This document shows positions 1 through 10,212 of a DNA stretch of 64,000 bases, in pieces. The stretch comes from a virus. Under the pieces are notes generated by a model. The model searched no databases. It saw only the letters and a list, made by a program, of their open reading frames with translations, and was not told the DNA's origin. How positions within the stretch are numbered: position 1 is the stretch's first letter; the number at the start of each line of letters is the position of its first letter. The stretch is from the IMG/VR virus record IMGVR_UViG_3300008262_000014, positions 63,872 to 127,871 of that record; one strand, 5' to 3'. The translations under genes and the position numbers were made by a program.

Positions 1-745
1 TTATTACGCCAGATGAAAATGTTAAATTATCTAATGTTGTACCAGATATTACATTTATAAGTAAATTAATTTGATTAGATATAACCGCATCTTCTTCAGG
101 TATTAATTCAATTTCCGCTGTTGGTGTTGGTGCACTACAACTTTGACAAGCACCAATTACCGTTGCCACATTTGTACCATTTGTAACCACACTTACATAT
201 TGACCAGAATAAGTTAAAAATGTATTATAACCTGGAACATAAGTACTAAATGATGGGTGAGTGAATGTTGTTGATGTACAGAATGTTGAGTTATTTCCGA
301 CGGAGTTCACCAATAAACTACCAATACCAAGACAAGCATTTAGAAATATTGATGAGGGGTTTTCAATTAATGTACCAATGAATAAAATTGTTGTGGTAGA
401 TGTAGGTGTTGGTGTTGTAGTTGTAGTTGGAGTTATTGTTGGAGTTATTGTTGGGGTTGTGGTTAATGTACTAGTAGGTGTAGATGTTATTGTTGGTGTA
501 TTAGTGGGTGTTGGAGTTGGGGTAATGGTAGGTGTGGATGTTGGTGAGACATATAAATTACATACAATATCTGAATTAGTTATTCCAGAAAATGTAATAA
601 TATATTGACCATTAATATACTCTGCAATATATACATAAGGTATTACTTGTAACCCTAAATTAAATGTTCCACCGGTATCGGGATTATAAATTATTGATGC
701 TGTATATCCTTCGAAATTTTGTGATGTTATCGTTATATTTGGCAT
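1..745 (-). CDS. Thr/Pro-rich putative virion protein, paralog of 764..1741; 3' end runs off the window
   Basis: Not in the ORF track. Read manually from ATG at 745: MPNITITSQNFEGYTASIIYNPDTGGTFNLGLQVIPYVY...(PT/TT repeats)...GNNSTFCTSTTFTHPSFS...; frame stays open to position 1. Shares NPDTGGTFNLG and TFCxSTTFTxPSFS with the upstream ORF. Confidence 0.8.
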   Translation of the reverse strand, partial: MPNITITSQNFEGYTASIIYNPDTGGTFNLGLQVIPYVYIAEYINGQYIITFSGITNSDIVCNLYVSPTSTPTITPTPTPTNTPTITSTPTSTLTTTPTITPTITPTTTTTPTPTSTTTILFIGTLIENPSSIFLNACLGIGSLLVNSVGNNSTFCTSTTFTHPSFSTYVPGYNTFLTYSGQYVSVVTNGTNVATVIGACQSCSAPTPTAEIELIPEEDAVISNQINLLINVISGTTLDNLTFSSGVI

Positions 746-763
746 ATTAAAATTTTAATTTTA

Positions 764-1741
764 TTAAACACAAGCACCGTCTTGTAAAATTATTTCAACA
801 ATATCAGTTGATGATATGGGGATAGGTGAAAATGTGTCAGTAGTGGTATTAGTATACGTGTTACAATCAATAACAAATGAGTTAACAACTAATGATATAT
901 TAACTTGAGATGATGTTGTTACAGTATAATCTATTCCGAGTGTTGTGCCGGCATGTGTTCCTTCCGCTTGTGACCCATTACTTACCGGTAATGATCCAAC
1001 AGTTATTAAATAAAACGCAGGGGTTATTGATCCAATAGAAGTTGCCGCTGTTGTGTTATTTATAACAAAGAAATTATTACCCGATGTTGGTGTACTAGTT
1101 GGTGTTGCGGTAGGTGTAATTGTTGGTGTTGGTGTAATAGTTAATGTTGGTGTAATAGTTGGTGTAGGTGTACTAGTTGACGTAGGTGTAAGTGTTGGTG
1201 TTGGACATGTTAAACATGGACCAAGTACTGATGCGGTATTTGTACCGTTAAATAATATACTAAAATATGTGGTCCCAAATCCAATAAATGTTTGAGATCC
1301 ATTAAGGAATGAACTAAATGATGGATTTGTAAATGTTGTTGATGAACAGAATGTTGTACTATTACCCGTTACATTATATGTTGTCCCACTCCCCGCACAG
1401 ATACCCAATTCATAATCTCCAGTATTTTGAACCACATCACCAACAAAATTACTTAATGTAGGTGTGGGTGTGTTACTTAATGTAGGTGTGGGTGTGTTAC
1501 TTAATGTAGGTGTGGGTGTACTAGTTGGTACAGGACTTAATGTATTATCAATTAATGTTGCAGAACATGTAACACCGACTCCAGAAAAATATAAAACATA
1601 TGTCCCAAAAGTGTATTCAGAAGTGTATGTATAAGGTATTGTTTGTGACCCTAAATTAAATGTTCCACCGGTATCGGGATTAAATGTTATTACCGCCGTT
1701 TGTCCACTATAATTACTACTTGTTAATTCTACTGTTCTCAT
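764..1741 (-). CDS. Thr/Pro-rich (mucin-like linker) putative virion/fiber-associated protein
   Basis: 325 aa; beta-rich domains separated by TPTPTLSN and TPTPTIT tracts; lies in the structural operon. Confidence 0.7.
   Translation of the reverse strand: MRTVELTSSNYSGQTAVITFNPDTGGTFNLGSQTIPYTYTSEYTFGTYVLYFSGVGVTCSATLIDNTLSPVPTSTPTPTLSNTPTPTLSNTPTPTLSNFVGDVVQNTGDYELGICAGSGTTYNVTGNSTTFCSSTTFTNPSFSSFLNGSQTFIGFGTTYFSILFNGTNTASVLGPCLTCPTPTLTPTSTSTPTPTITPTLTITPTPTITPTATPTSTPTSGNNFFVINNTTAATSIGSITPAFYLITVGSLPVSNGSQAEGTHAGTTLGIDYTVTTSSQVNISLVVNSFVIDCNTYTNTTTDTFSPIPISSTDIVEIILQDGACV
1449..1519. repeat. 24-bp tandem repeat (about 3 copies) encoding NTPTPTLS
   Basis: TTACTTAATGTAGGTGTGGGTGTG repeated in tandem. 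Confidence 0.85.
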
Positions 1742-1742
1742 T

Positions 1743-4700
1743 TTATGTTGTAAAGTTTAAACAAATTTCATAATATGACCCAACATGGAATAATGGATCA
1801 TCTGTTGTGAAATCAATAAATAATGTATGTGTTGTTCCTGCCGGTAATAAATATGGTCCTGGTACAATTATATTTTCAATAACAGGTCCCATAGCACAAC
1901 CTTGATTTAGTTCTTGTGATGTTGCACTTGCAATTAATGTACCATCTAAATAGAATGCTATATTTTCATAATCGGTATTTTGTAATTCCGCCAAACCACT
2001 AAAACTTAAATTTAAGAAAGTATCAACAGGTCCAACAGTAATTGTTGCCGTTGCGGTACCTGTTTGTGTTATATTACATGTACCACCACAGTTGAATGAA
2101 TCTGCAATGTTAAATCTAACACATAAATTATCGGGTGATATAATCCATTCAGCGGTCTCACATCCTGTTACGCCAGATGTGTTCTTAGTTGTTGACCAAA
2201 TTAAACCTGATACAGGTAATAAATAAGTTGGTGTTGGTGTTGCGGTAGGTGTAAGTGTTGGTGTAATAGTTGGTGTTGGTGTAATAGTTGGTGTAGGTGT
2301 AATAGTTGGTGTAGGTGTACTAGTTGACGTAGGTGTAGGCGTTGGTTCTAATTGTAAATTCACTGTGCAACACTCTGGTATTTGAGATGATCCATAAACT
2401 GTTAATGATGGAATTGTCTGTGTAAGTATTGGTGTGTAAGGATATGTTAAAGGTATATTATATATTTTACCGTCCGAATTCGCAACATATAATGAACCAT
2501 TATCTTGGAATATTCCATATGGTGATGTGGCAGTTGTATTTAAATTGGCACTTGTTTCAAATAATCCAGTGGTATAATCATATTGATTTAAAAATACCCC
2601 ACCTGATTTTGTCACCGTAAATAAAACTTTGTTATTTGTTGTGTATACAATATCACCAGCAATACTTTCAGTTGGTGCTAAAGAGAATACTGTATTTACC
2701 GTTGCGACCGAAGATGAAATGTCTATTTCTATCATCTCATCTAATCCTGATACGGAATTATAATATGTAGATAATAATTTCGTATCATTTATCGCACATA
2801 ACCCCGCACCGATGTTGTTTATTCCACTTGGTAGAGTTATTATCCTATTAAATGTTGTGGACCAAGGATTTAATGTAATATTCCATTCATATATTGAACT
2901 ATTATATAACCACATTTTATTTGATGTATGAGCGATATCAGGAGAAAATATAAATGTACCTAAATTAGTTTTAGTGTTTGAAGAATAATCATAATAATAA
3001 ACGTCATTAGAATTATCATTAATTAAAATACTGCATTGTGGTAAAAATATTGATGATGGTATGACACATTCACCTATTACAGAGGTTCCCGATAATGGTA
3101 ATGTTGAGCCGGTGTTACCTGACCATACATTTATATCATCTGATAAGGGATAATAATCATTGTTAATTAGATATCCATACATTTGATTACTTGGTGGTGT
3201 ACTAGGATTTAAATAATCATATGATTCCCACATTTCCCATCTAGTAGTTCCACTATTCCATAAAACATATATTGGTGTTGTTGTTAATGATGGATTATTA
3301 ATATAATATACTAATTTACCGTCATAATGTGTGGTTGGGAATCCTGAATATATATAGTTACTAGTACCGCCAGATGTTAAATAAAAACATACTTCTGGTG
3401 GACATTCATTTAATGATGAGTTAAGTAATCCAACTTGTAACGAAATTCTATTCCATTGATATTCTGTACTACTTATTGGTGTGTTTCCACTATAATTTAA
3501 ATACCCTATTGACGTGCCAGGTGTTTTGTTTGTTACGTTATATGAATTAACATATTCCCATCTTGTAGTTCCACTATTCCATACAACGGCACCAAAAACA
3601 CAAGTAGTTGTACCTGTACCTGAGTTTGTGTAATTTAAACTATAGTAATATTTACCATTGTGATAACCGGCAGGGTACCTTAATTCAGTTGAAAGTACAC
3701 AAGTAATCTCACCTGGATCGAAACTAAAACAAACAGGATCTGGACAATTTTTTACTGTCGTTACGTATGCACCAAGTTCAGGATCATAATTATAAATCCA
3801 TTGATATTCTGTACTACTTATCGGTGTGTTTCCGGTATAATTTAAATAAGAATATAAAGTACCTGATGTACCTAATGTTGTGTCAAAATTTTCCCAGTGT
3901 TCCCATCTATTTGTTCCGTTATTCCAAATGATATAATAATCATATGTACCATCAGTAGATTTATAATAATTTCTATTATTATAAACACCTACTATTTGAT
4001 ATGTATATGATGTATATAATGTTGTTGATGAATATGTACCAATTAAACAAATGTCGGCACATAACAAATCACCACAATCATCTTCGACTTCATCTATTGT
4101 TGGTGTTATAGGACAATCTTCAACATCTGTATAATATTGTTGTACACAATTATCATCACCGAAGAAATCATTTACATGAGTTTGATATTTGTGTTGTAAT
4201 AGAACTTGATGCGTGTCATTACCATTAAATACTATTAAATCGTTCCCGACAGGTATATTTCTACCAGATGTTTCAAAATTTAAATTATAGTATAAATTTG
4301 GTTCACAATAATTTAAATCTACCGCAATAACTTCAATTAAAAATCCATCTACATTAATTAGATAATCACCATTGTTATCCAAATAATCTTCAGGATAAGG
4401 GCAACATGGGTCTATGGGTTCTTCACCTCTCACTTGTAAATGTTCCGGTATTCTTTCATCAAAAAAGTAATTTGTTTTTGTTATAATTTTACCATCAATA
4501 ATTTTATTAGTATATACTTTTAATTTTGTTGTTGGTAATACTTCAATTACGGTTAATGATCCATTAGAGGTTAATCCACTAATAATACTTTTTTTAACTG
4601 AACCTAAACACTCTATACTTTTTACTTTATTATAATCATACTCATAAGTGAAGGAATAACCATTAACATTAGCTATTTTAAAACTATTGTTTGAAAATCC

Positions 4701-7700
4701 TGAACATGGTAAATAATTAGCTGTTAATAAATTATCATCAATATTAATATCTTTTACGTCAATTATTTCAATAGCACCAACATTAATATATGACATTATT
4801 GCATTATAATCTATAGTACCATTTTGTATTTGTATTAATGGAAATGAACTTATAATTCTAAGAGCCCTACTATTTGATAATAATCCGTAATTATATGACG
4901 GTCCATAACTTACTTTAGGTATTAAAACACAATTTTGGAAATTATCAACAAATGTCACCGCGGTTTGTGATGATATATGTGTTAAACCAGTACAAGGTGC
5001 ACATCCCAACCAAACACTTGTGCCAGAAAAATACGTATCTATCACAAATTCTTGATAGTAACTACTATCCACATCATGTTCATATTTTTTCTGAAAACCG
5101 TTAACAATTAACTTTGTTTCACAGTTTGCAGCATCGAAGAAATTAATTTGTATTTTTTCACCTAATGAAACCGCGGAGAATTGAATTGAGCATGGATCTA
5201 TTTGTGTGAATGATATTCCGTTACTAGTGGTGCCAGATGATCCACTAAGTAATTCACAACCAGTATACTTATAAAAAGAAGAACCATCCCCACCTTTTTG
5301 TACTCCAACACCATTTGTTAAAGAAAAAACTAAATCAACTTGTGGACAATAATCTGTTGGGCAATCACCAGAACTTATTGTAACATCGGCAACAAGACAG
5401 GTTGGGTTTATTGGTTTATATTCGGCGTCAAATCTATATAAAAAATAATCTTCGACCGAACAATCATTGAAATCATATTTTATTGAGGTGAATCTAACTT
5501 TTTCTTTCCCGTCAATATCGGTAAAATATTCAAGTTTTAATTTTGGTTTATATTCCCAAGTATATGTTTGTCCTGTTGTATTTAAAAATGGTTGATAATT
5601 AACATATCCGGCAGTATATCCTGTTACATATTTGTTTACCACATTTTCCACCAAACCAGATAGTGCAATTTTCCACAAATCTTCGGCCTTATCAATATCA
5701 GGATCTAAATGATCTTTAAAATCACATATCAACGGTATTCCTGTTGTACCACTATCAGGTATAATTGTACAACCTGTCATTGGTGCTGGATTAAATAATT
5801 TAACACTATTGTTTGTATTTGTCGCACCACTAAATAAAATACAATATGATGATCCCGAAAAAACCTGTCCATCAATTTCTATTATAGGACAATACGTTAT
5901 ACCTGTTATATTAATTAATCCTCTGAAATTTTCTTCTTCACCTAATATTGTTTCTAAATCTTCTGATATTGCTTTTTCAAAATCAGGATATAAATTTTCT
6001 TCGAAAGTTTTTGCTTGACACCCTATATTATATTTGTATTTAGGTCTACCAAAAAAATTATTTGTTATCAAAACACCACCAGTCCATAATGTACTTGAAG
6101 GTATTAATTGATCTAAAACTTGCATCCAATATGGACTCATTTTCTGAATAAATTCATGTGAGTCTATAAATTGGTATGGTGTAAATCCAATGGTATTAAA
6201 ATAAGATGTGTAAACATCTTCTAAAGCTATGTAATTTTTTTTGTATCTAATTACATGAGAATTTTTAAGTTGTGTGTGTATTGTTTTATCTAAAAATTCT
6301 GCGAATGTTACCCCTGTTTGTGGGTATAGTGTATTTGTTCCGAATGTTAATAATAAATCTCTAGATTTTCTCCAAATATCATAATCAATAGATCTACTTG
6401 GTGAAAGATACGCATCAATATTTTTTCTATTTAAAATATATTGTGAATTGTCATTATTAAATTCTGACTTAACATTATCAATTGCGGGATCTAATCCATA
6501 ACCAGTATCTAAACCAGGTAAAGTTCTAAAAACATCAAAATAATCTTCACCATACGTATATGATTTAGATTTTGTTTTTAATGTTTTTGTTCTACCTGTT
6601 AATATTGAATTTTCCTCATCAAGTATATCTACACTACGATGATTTAATGTCATGTCATACCATCCCGCACCTTTTTGGAAAAAAATATCACTAGTTTCAT
6701 CAAATGCCCTTCTTGGTAATAATGTTGTTTCGTCAACCGGATAACCATCTCTATTGAAAGTTGTTAACCCTGTTATACTTTCTTTAGTATAACTAAATGT
6801 TGTTGGTGAAAATATACCTGTTGTTAAAACTTTACTTCTTTGTAAAACATCATAAATATCACTTTCGAGATCGCTTGAATTTGGTAATGATACTACTTTA
6901 TAAATGTATTCATTTACCACAATTAATGGATCAGGAGCACCAAGAAATCTCAAAAAGAAGTTAATTGACGCTCTAGTTCCTTTTGATTTATATATCCATG
7001 CTAAGTTTACTAATAATCTTCTGTAAAACTCATATTCCGCTTCTACTAAATTTTTACCACCATCTTGTCCTTGATAATTACTTTTAGGTCTATTATAAAA
7101 TATGTCATCTAATTTTTTCTCATCAAATAAATCTACTGTTGTTATGCCTAAATTTTCTGCTAAATTTTTTAATAATATGTCGGGAAGATTATTTATACCA
7201 TCATAACTTACATTTCTCATGTAAGCAATATTATCTATATATTTTTTAACTCTATCAAAGTTTTGTCCATATAACTGAAATACACTTTCGGCCTTTTTTT
7301 CGTCTGTATCAAATTCATATAATTGTGGTGATGTTAAAAATCTAATAAATAAATTAGATTTATAATCATCTATTTGATCTCCGATTTCTTTTAAATCTGC
7401 TAGATAAAAATCAAAATCAATGCCGTCAATTTTTATATTCCATCCATCAACATATGTTGGCCAAGTAACTTCAACTTTTACAATATCGGTTGATGACCCA
7501 TCAATTGTATCTTTTAAAACATTGAAATATGCGGTATATTTAGGATTACTTTCTCTATTTAATAATTGTTGTTCAATCTCATCTAAATTATTATAAAATT
7601 CTTCAAAAATTGAATTACTTGGTCTAACTAAAATAGTTTGACTATACGCGGATAACCCTGAAAATGGATTACCTTTTATTTTGAATTTTATTTCATTTAA

Positions 7701-8342
7701 ATTATTTGATTCCTGATAATCATCAATTTGATATGTTTGATTATTAAATTCAATAACATATTTTTTAAAAGATGAATAGAAATTTTTTATACTTAACTCT
7801 TCTTCAGGTGATTTAGGTGTTATTGGTTTTTTTAGTTCAATGTCAAGAGGATTAAATATCCTTGAACTTTCTACAGAAAATGATGTTATTTCTCTGTCTT
7901 TATCAAAAGTTATGTTATATAAAGTATAAGGAATAATATAATTAATTCTTTCTTTATCAATTAAAAAACCAGCAGGATATTTACTAATTATATTTTTTAC
8001 AGATACCTCTAACCTTTTAGATAATGATCCATATAATGATTTACCTGCGTCATTTTTTGCACTTCTAAATCTTATTTTTTTATCCGCTTCTTTTTCTTTA
8101 GATAAATCAATACCAACATCGCTTAATTCTTTATTTTGATCAACTAATGTATCTAAAGTTAAAAATTCAGAAAAGGGACTTGTCCTAAAATTCTTACTAT
8201 CTTTTTCAGGTATAATTCTATCTAAAGCAAAATTCGTATTAGTTAATTGACTAGATCCATCGGTAATTTGGACACCGACTAAACTATCACTAAATGTATC
8301 TTTTCCGCTTGACGCCTGACTTGGTACTTTATATTTTGCCAT
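1743..8342 (-). CDS. Very large baseplate wedge/tail-fiber-like virion protein (KGT-motif wedge domain, degenerate Hint domain, three internal repeats, beta-propeller-like region, PT linker)
   Basis: 2199 aa; IYKSKGTRASINFFLRFLG resembles the P2 gpI/T4 gp7-type wedge motif; three repeats containing WNxGTxRWE; PT tract near the C-terminus. Confidence 0.65.
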   Translation of the reverse strand: MAKYKVPSQASSGKDTFSDSLVGVQITDGSSQLTNTNFALDRIIPEKDSKNFRTSPFSEFLTLDTLVDQNKELSDVGIDLSKEKEADKKIRFRSAKNDAGKSLYGSLSKRLEVSVKNIISKYPAGFLIDKERINYIIPYTLYNITFDKDREITSFSVESSRIFNPLDIELKKPITPKSPEEELSIKNFYSSFKKYVIEFNNQTYQIDDYQESNNLNEIKFKIKGNPFSGLSAYSQTILVRPSNSIFEEFYNNLDEIEQQLLNRESNPKYTAYFNVLKDTIDGSSTDIVKVEVTWPTYVDGWNIKIDGIDFDFYLADLKEIGDQIDDYKSNLFIRFLTSPQLYEFDTDEKKAESVFQLYGQNFDRVKKYIDNIAYMRNVSYDGINNLPDILLKNLAENLGITTVDLFDEKKLDDIFYNRPKSNYQGQDGGKNLVEAEYEFYRRLLVNLAWIYKSKGTRASINFFLRFLGAPDPLIVVNEYIYKVVSLPNSSDLESDIYDVLQRSKVLTTGIFSPTTFSYTKESITGLTTFNRDGYPVDETTLLPRRAFDETSDIFFQKGAGWYDMTLNHRSVDILDEENSILTGRTKTLKTKSKSYTYGEDYFDVFRTLPGLDTGYGLDPAIDNVKSEFNNDNSQYILNRKNIDAYLSPSRSIDYDIWRKSRDLLLTFGTNTLYPQTGVTFAEFLDKTIHTQLKNSHVIRYKKNYIALEDVYTSYFNTIGFTPYQFIDSHEFIQKMSPYWMQVLDQLIPSSTLWTGGVLITNNFFGRPKYKYNIGCQAKTFEENLYPDFEKAISEDLETILGEEENFRGLINITGITYCPIIEIDGQVFSGSSYCILFSGATNTNNSVKLFNPAPMTGCTIIPDSGTTGIPLICDFKDHLDPDIDKAEDLWKIALSGLVENVVNKYVTGYTAGYVNYQPFLNTTGQTYTWEYKPKLKLEYFTDIDGKEKVRFTSIKYDFNDCSVEDYFLYRFDAEYKPINPTCLVADVTISSGDCPTDYCPQVDLVFSLTNGVGVQKGGDGSSFYKYTGCELLSGSSGTTSNGISFTQIDPCSIQFSAVSLGEKIQINFFDAANCETKLIVNGFQKKYEHDVDSSYYQEFVIDTYFSGTSVWLGCAPCTGLTHISSQTAVTFVDNFQNCVLIPKVSYGPSYNYGLLSNSRALRIISSFPLIQIQNGTIDYNAIMSYINVGAIEIIDVKDINIDDNLLTANYLPCSGFSNNSFKIANVNGYSFTYEYDYNKVKSIECLGSVKKSIISGLTSNGSLTVIEVLPTTKLKVYTNKIIDGKIITKTNYFFDERIPEHLQVRGEEPIDPCCPYPEDYLDNNGDYLINVDGFLIEVIAVDLNYCEPNLYYNLNFETSGRNIPVGNDLIVFNGNDTHQVLLQHKYQTHVNDFFGDDNCVQQYYTDVEDCPITPTIDEVEDDCGDLLCADICLIGTYSSTTLYTSYTYQIVGVYNNRNYYKSTDGTYDYYIIWNNGTNRWEHWENFDTTLGTSGTLYSYLNYTGNTPISSTEYQWIYNYDPELGAYVTTVKNCPDPVCFSFDPGEITCVLSTELRYPAGYHNGKYYYSLNYTNSGTGTTTCVFGAVVWNSGTTRWEYVNSYNVTNKTPGTSIGYLNYSGNTPISSTEYQWNRISLQVGLLNSSLNECPPEVCFYLTSGGTSNYIYSGFPTTHYDGKLVYYINNPSLTTTPIYVLWNSGTTRWEMWESYDYLNPSTPPSNQMYGYLINNDYYPLSDDINVWSGNTGSTLPLSGTSVIGECVIPSSIFLPQCSILINDNSNDVYYYDYSSNTKTNLGTFIFSPDIAHTSNKMWLYNSSIYEWNITLNPWSTTFNRIITLPSGINNIGAGLCAINDTKLLSTYYNSVSGLDEMIEIDISSSVATVNTVFSLAPTESIAGDIVYTTNNKVLFTVTKSGGVFLNQYDYTTGLFETSANLNTTATSPYGIFQDNGSLYVANSDGKIYNIPLTYPYTPILTQTIPSLTVYGSSQIPECCTVNLQLEPTPTPTSTSTPTPTITPTPTITPTPTITPTLTPTATPTPTYLLPVSGLIWSTTKNTSGVTGCETAEWIISPDNLCVRFNIADSFNCGGTCNITQTGTATATITVGPVDTFLNLSFSGLAELQNTDYENIAFYLDGTLIASATSQELNQGCAMGPVIENIIVPGPYLLPAGTTHTLFIDFTTDDPLFHVGSYYEICLNFTT

Positions 8343-9262
8343 TATATATCTGTAATCGTATCAAAATCTAATGCAGTATCTATATTTGTTTTCCTTTCTC
8401 TAACTTCGAATAATGTTTCATTAAATTCATCCTTAACTTCATAGAGATTGTATTGTCTATAGATATTGTTATTATTATCATAAATTGTGTAAATACCTGG
8501 GGCAATCGCCTTAGTTTGATTACCATACAAGGCATGTGCTAAAGTATTTGCATCATGTTCAACCATTTCTATTTCTATAGTGGTTGGATTCATAAAAGTG
8601 TTTGTTAATATTATTTTTTGTGACGGACTACCAATAAATGGAACCGTATTTGGTCTACTAGATGGTGCAGAGGATGGTGTTACAGTTAAAAACATTAAAT
8701 TTGTTGCCTGATCTGTATATTGATATCTAATCGCCTTTTGTGTTGTATTAGTTAAATTTGACACAATTGGTGTACAATAAAATGATGAAGTTACCACCCT
8801 ATAAAAATTAGGAATTTTAGTGTTATCTGTTGTGTTTATGTATTCTATTCTATATCCAATTAATCCTTGAGGGGTGAATTTATTTCTATCTTCGGTTGGT
8901 ACATTACTTAAATCTATAATTAATCCTCTAACAGACGGTAATGACACTAAAATTCCACAATCCGTTATTGTCGTTCTGATTTGTTTTGGTCTAATGTGTA
9001 AGGTATATATACCAAGTTCAGAAAAATCATTTGAATTTAATTTTAGGTTATATAACCCACCTAAAATTTCATTATTTGGTGCGGTTGTGTCAGATGTCGT
9101 ATTAACATTATGAAAAACCGGTGTTAAAATATCAGCCGAATTTAACTTTTTTAGTGTTACTTCAGATGTACTTAACCTATCCTCAACATAATGATAATAA
9201 ATTTCCACATCCTGTGGTGATATGTCCGACGGTCTAATTATACCATATGATCCTACTGCCAT
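8342..9262 (-). CDS. Hypothetical structural protein
   Basis: 306-aa ORF translationally coupled to the 2199-aa gene; preceded by a TATTTAT motif. Confidence 0.6.
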   Translation of the reverse strand: MAVGSYGIIRPSDISPQDVEIYYHYVEDRLSTSEVTLKKLNSADILTPVFHNVNTTSDTTAPNNEILGGLYNLKLNSNDFSELGIYTLHIRPKQIRTTITDCGILVSLPSVRGLIIDLSNVPTEDRNKFTPQGLIGYRIEYINTTDNTKIPNFYRVVTSSFYCTPIVSNLTNTTQKAIRYQYTDQATNLMFLTVTPSSAPSSRPNTVPFIGSPSQKIILTNTFMNPTTIEIEMVEHDANTLAHALYGNQTKAIAPGIYTIYDNNNNIYRQYNLYEVKDEFNETLFEVRERKTNIDTALDFDTITDI

Positions 9263-9288
9263 ATATTTTTATTTAATAAATATATTTT

Positions 9289-10212
9289 TTATTGTTTTAT
9301 TACATTAAAAAATCCATTTCCATAAATTTCCAATTCTCCCGTATTGTCAATTTCTGTTAATCTAAGATTATTTTCCATAACACTAAGTTTACCACGTTCA
9401 ATAAAAATATCTGAATAAATTGTTGGTTCGTCTATAAAACCAAGAAAATGTTCGTTTCTTGTTAATATTTTATTAAAAACTTCTTCTTTTGTGTAACCGG
9501 TAGTATTACCCGTAATCATGGTATAACCATCAGAATAGTCTTTATATACCAAATTGTCAATAGTATATGCACTAAAAATACCGACAGTATCTGTTCCAAC
9601 GGTAACTCCACTATATAAATTTGATCCATATAATTTTAATTCATCAATTCTACTACCACCAATTGCAACATATTTAAATATTGTATGTCCTGTATTATTA
9701 GTATAATCTAAGTCATTTAAATAATCTTGTGAACCTAATGATGTTGTGTACGGTATCGTAAATCCACTAAATGTACCCAATGGATTGACCACTGTAAGAT
9801 TTTGTGGTATTTTTACTATTTTTTTAAGTTCTTGTTTTGTCCATGGGCTATCCAATTTTATTGTTATAGTATATGAACTATATCCACTTAATGGGGTTGG
9901 GTATGTTTTAGTTGCGGTTGTTAATAAATTATTTACATGTATTGGTAAATTATTACTTGTTCCGTCGCCCCAATTTATTGTGAACGTGGCTTCTTTTATA
10001 TATCTGAATTTTTCAACAAATACGGTATTATAAACTTGTACTGTTGATGCTGTTTGTGTATAACTAAAATTACAGAACTCTTCCACTTGTGTTATTTCAC
10101 CATCAAATCCAACCATAATACCCATTTCATCAACAGAATCATCTAAATATAATGGTATATTATAAGTTAATCCTGTATTGACTTTTAAAATACTATATTT
10201 TGTCTTTTTCAT
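9289..10212 (-). CDS. Putative virion protein with PKD/Ig-like segment
   Basis: 307 aa; FTINWGDGT is a PKD-like signature; many [ST]GxT motifs. Confidence 0.55.
   Translation of the reverse strand: MKKTKYSILKVNTGLTYNIPLYLDDSVDEMGIMVGFDGEITQVEEFCNFSYTQTASTVQVYNTVFVEKFRYIKEATFTINWGDGTSNNLPIHVNNLLTTATKTYPTPLSGYSSYTITIKLDSPWTKQELKKIVKIPQNLTVVNPLGTFSGFTIPYTTSLGSQDYLNDLDYTNNTGHTIFKYVAIGGSRIDELKLYGSNLYSGVTVGTDTVGIFSAYTIDNLVYKDYSDGYTMITGNTTGYTKEEVFNKILTRNEHFLGFIDEPTIYSDIFIERGKLSVMENNLRLTEIDNTGELEIYGNGFFNVIKQ

Noticed and set aside
261-1295. Plus-strand Val/Gly-rich ORFs 261..608 and 1053..1295
   Set aside because: Antisense shadows of Thr/Pro codon repeats in real minus-strand genes
1449-1519. Tandem repeats as a CRISPR array
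   Set aside because: No spacers; in-frame coding repeats; no cas genes in the window
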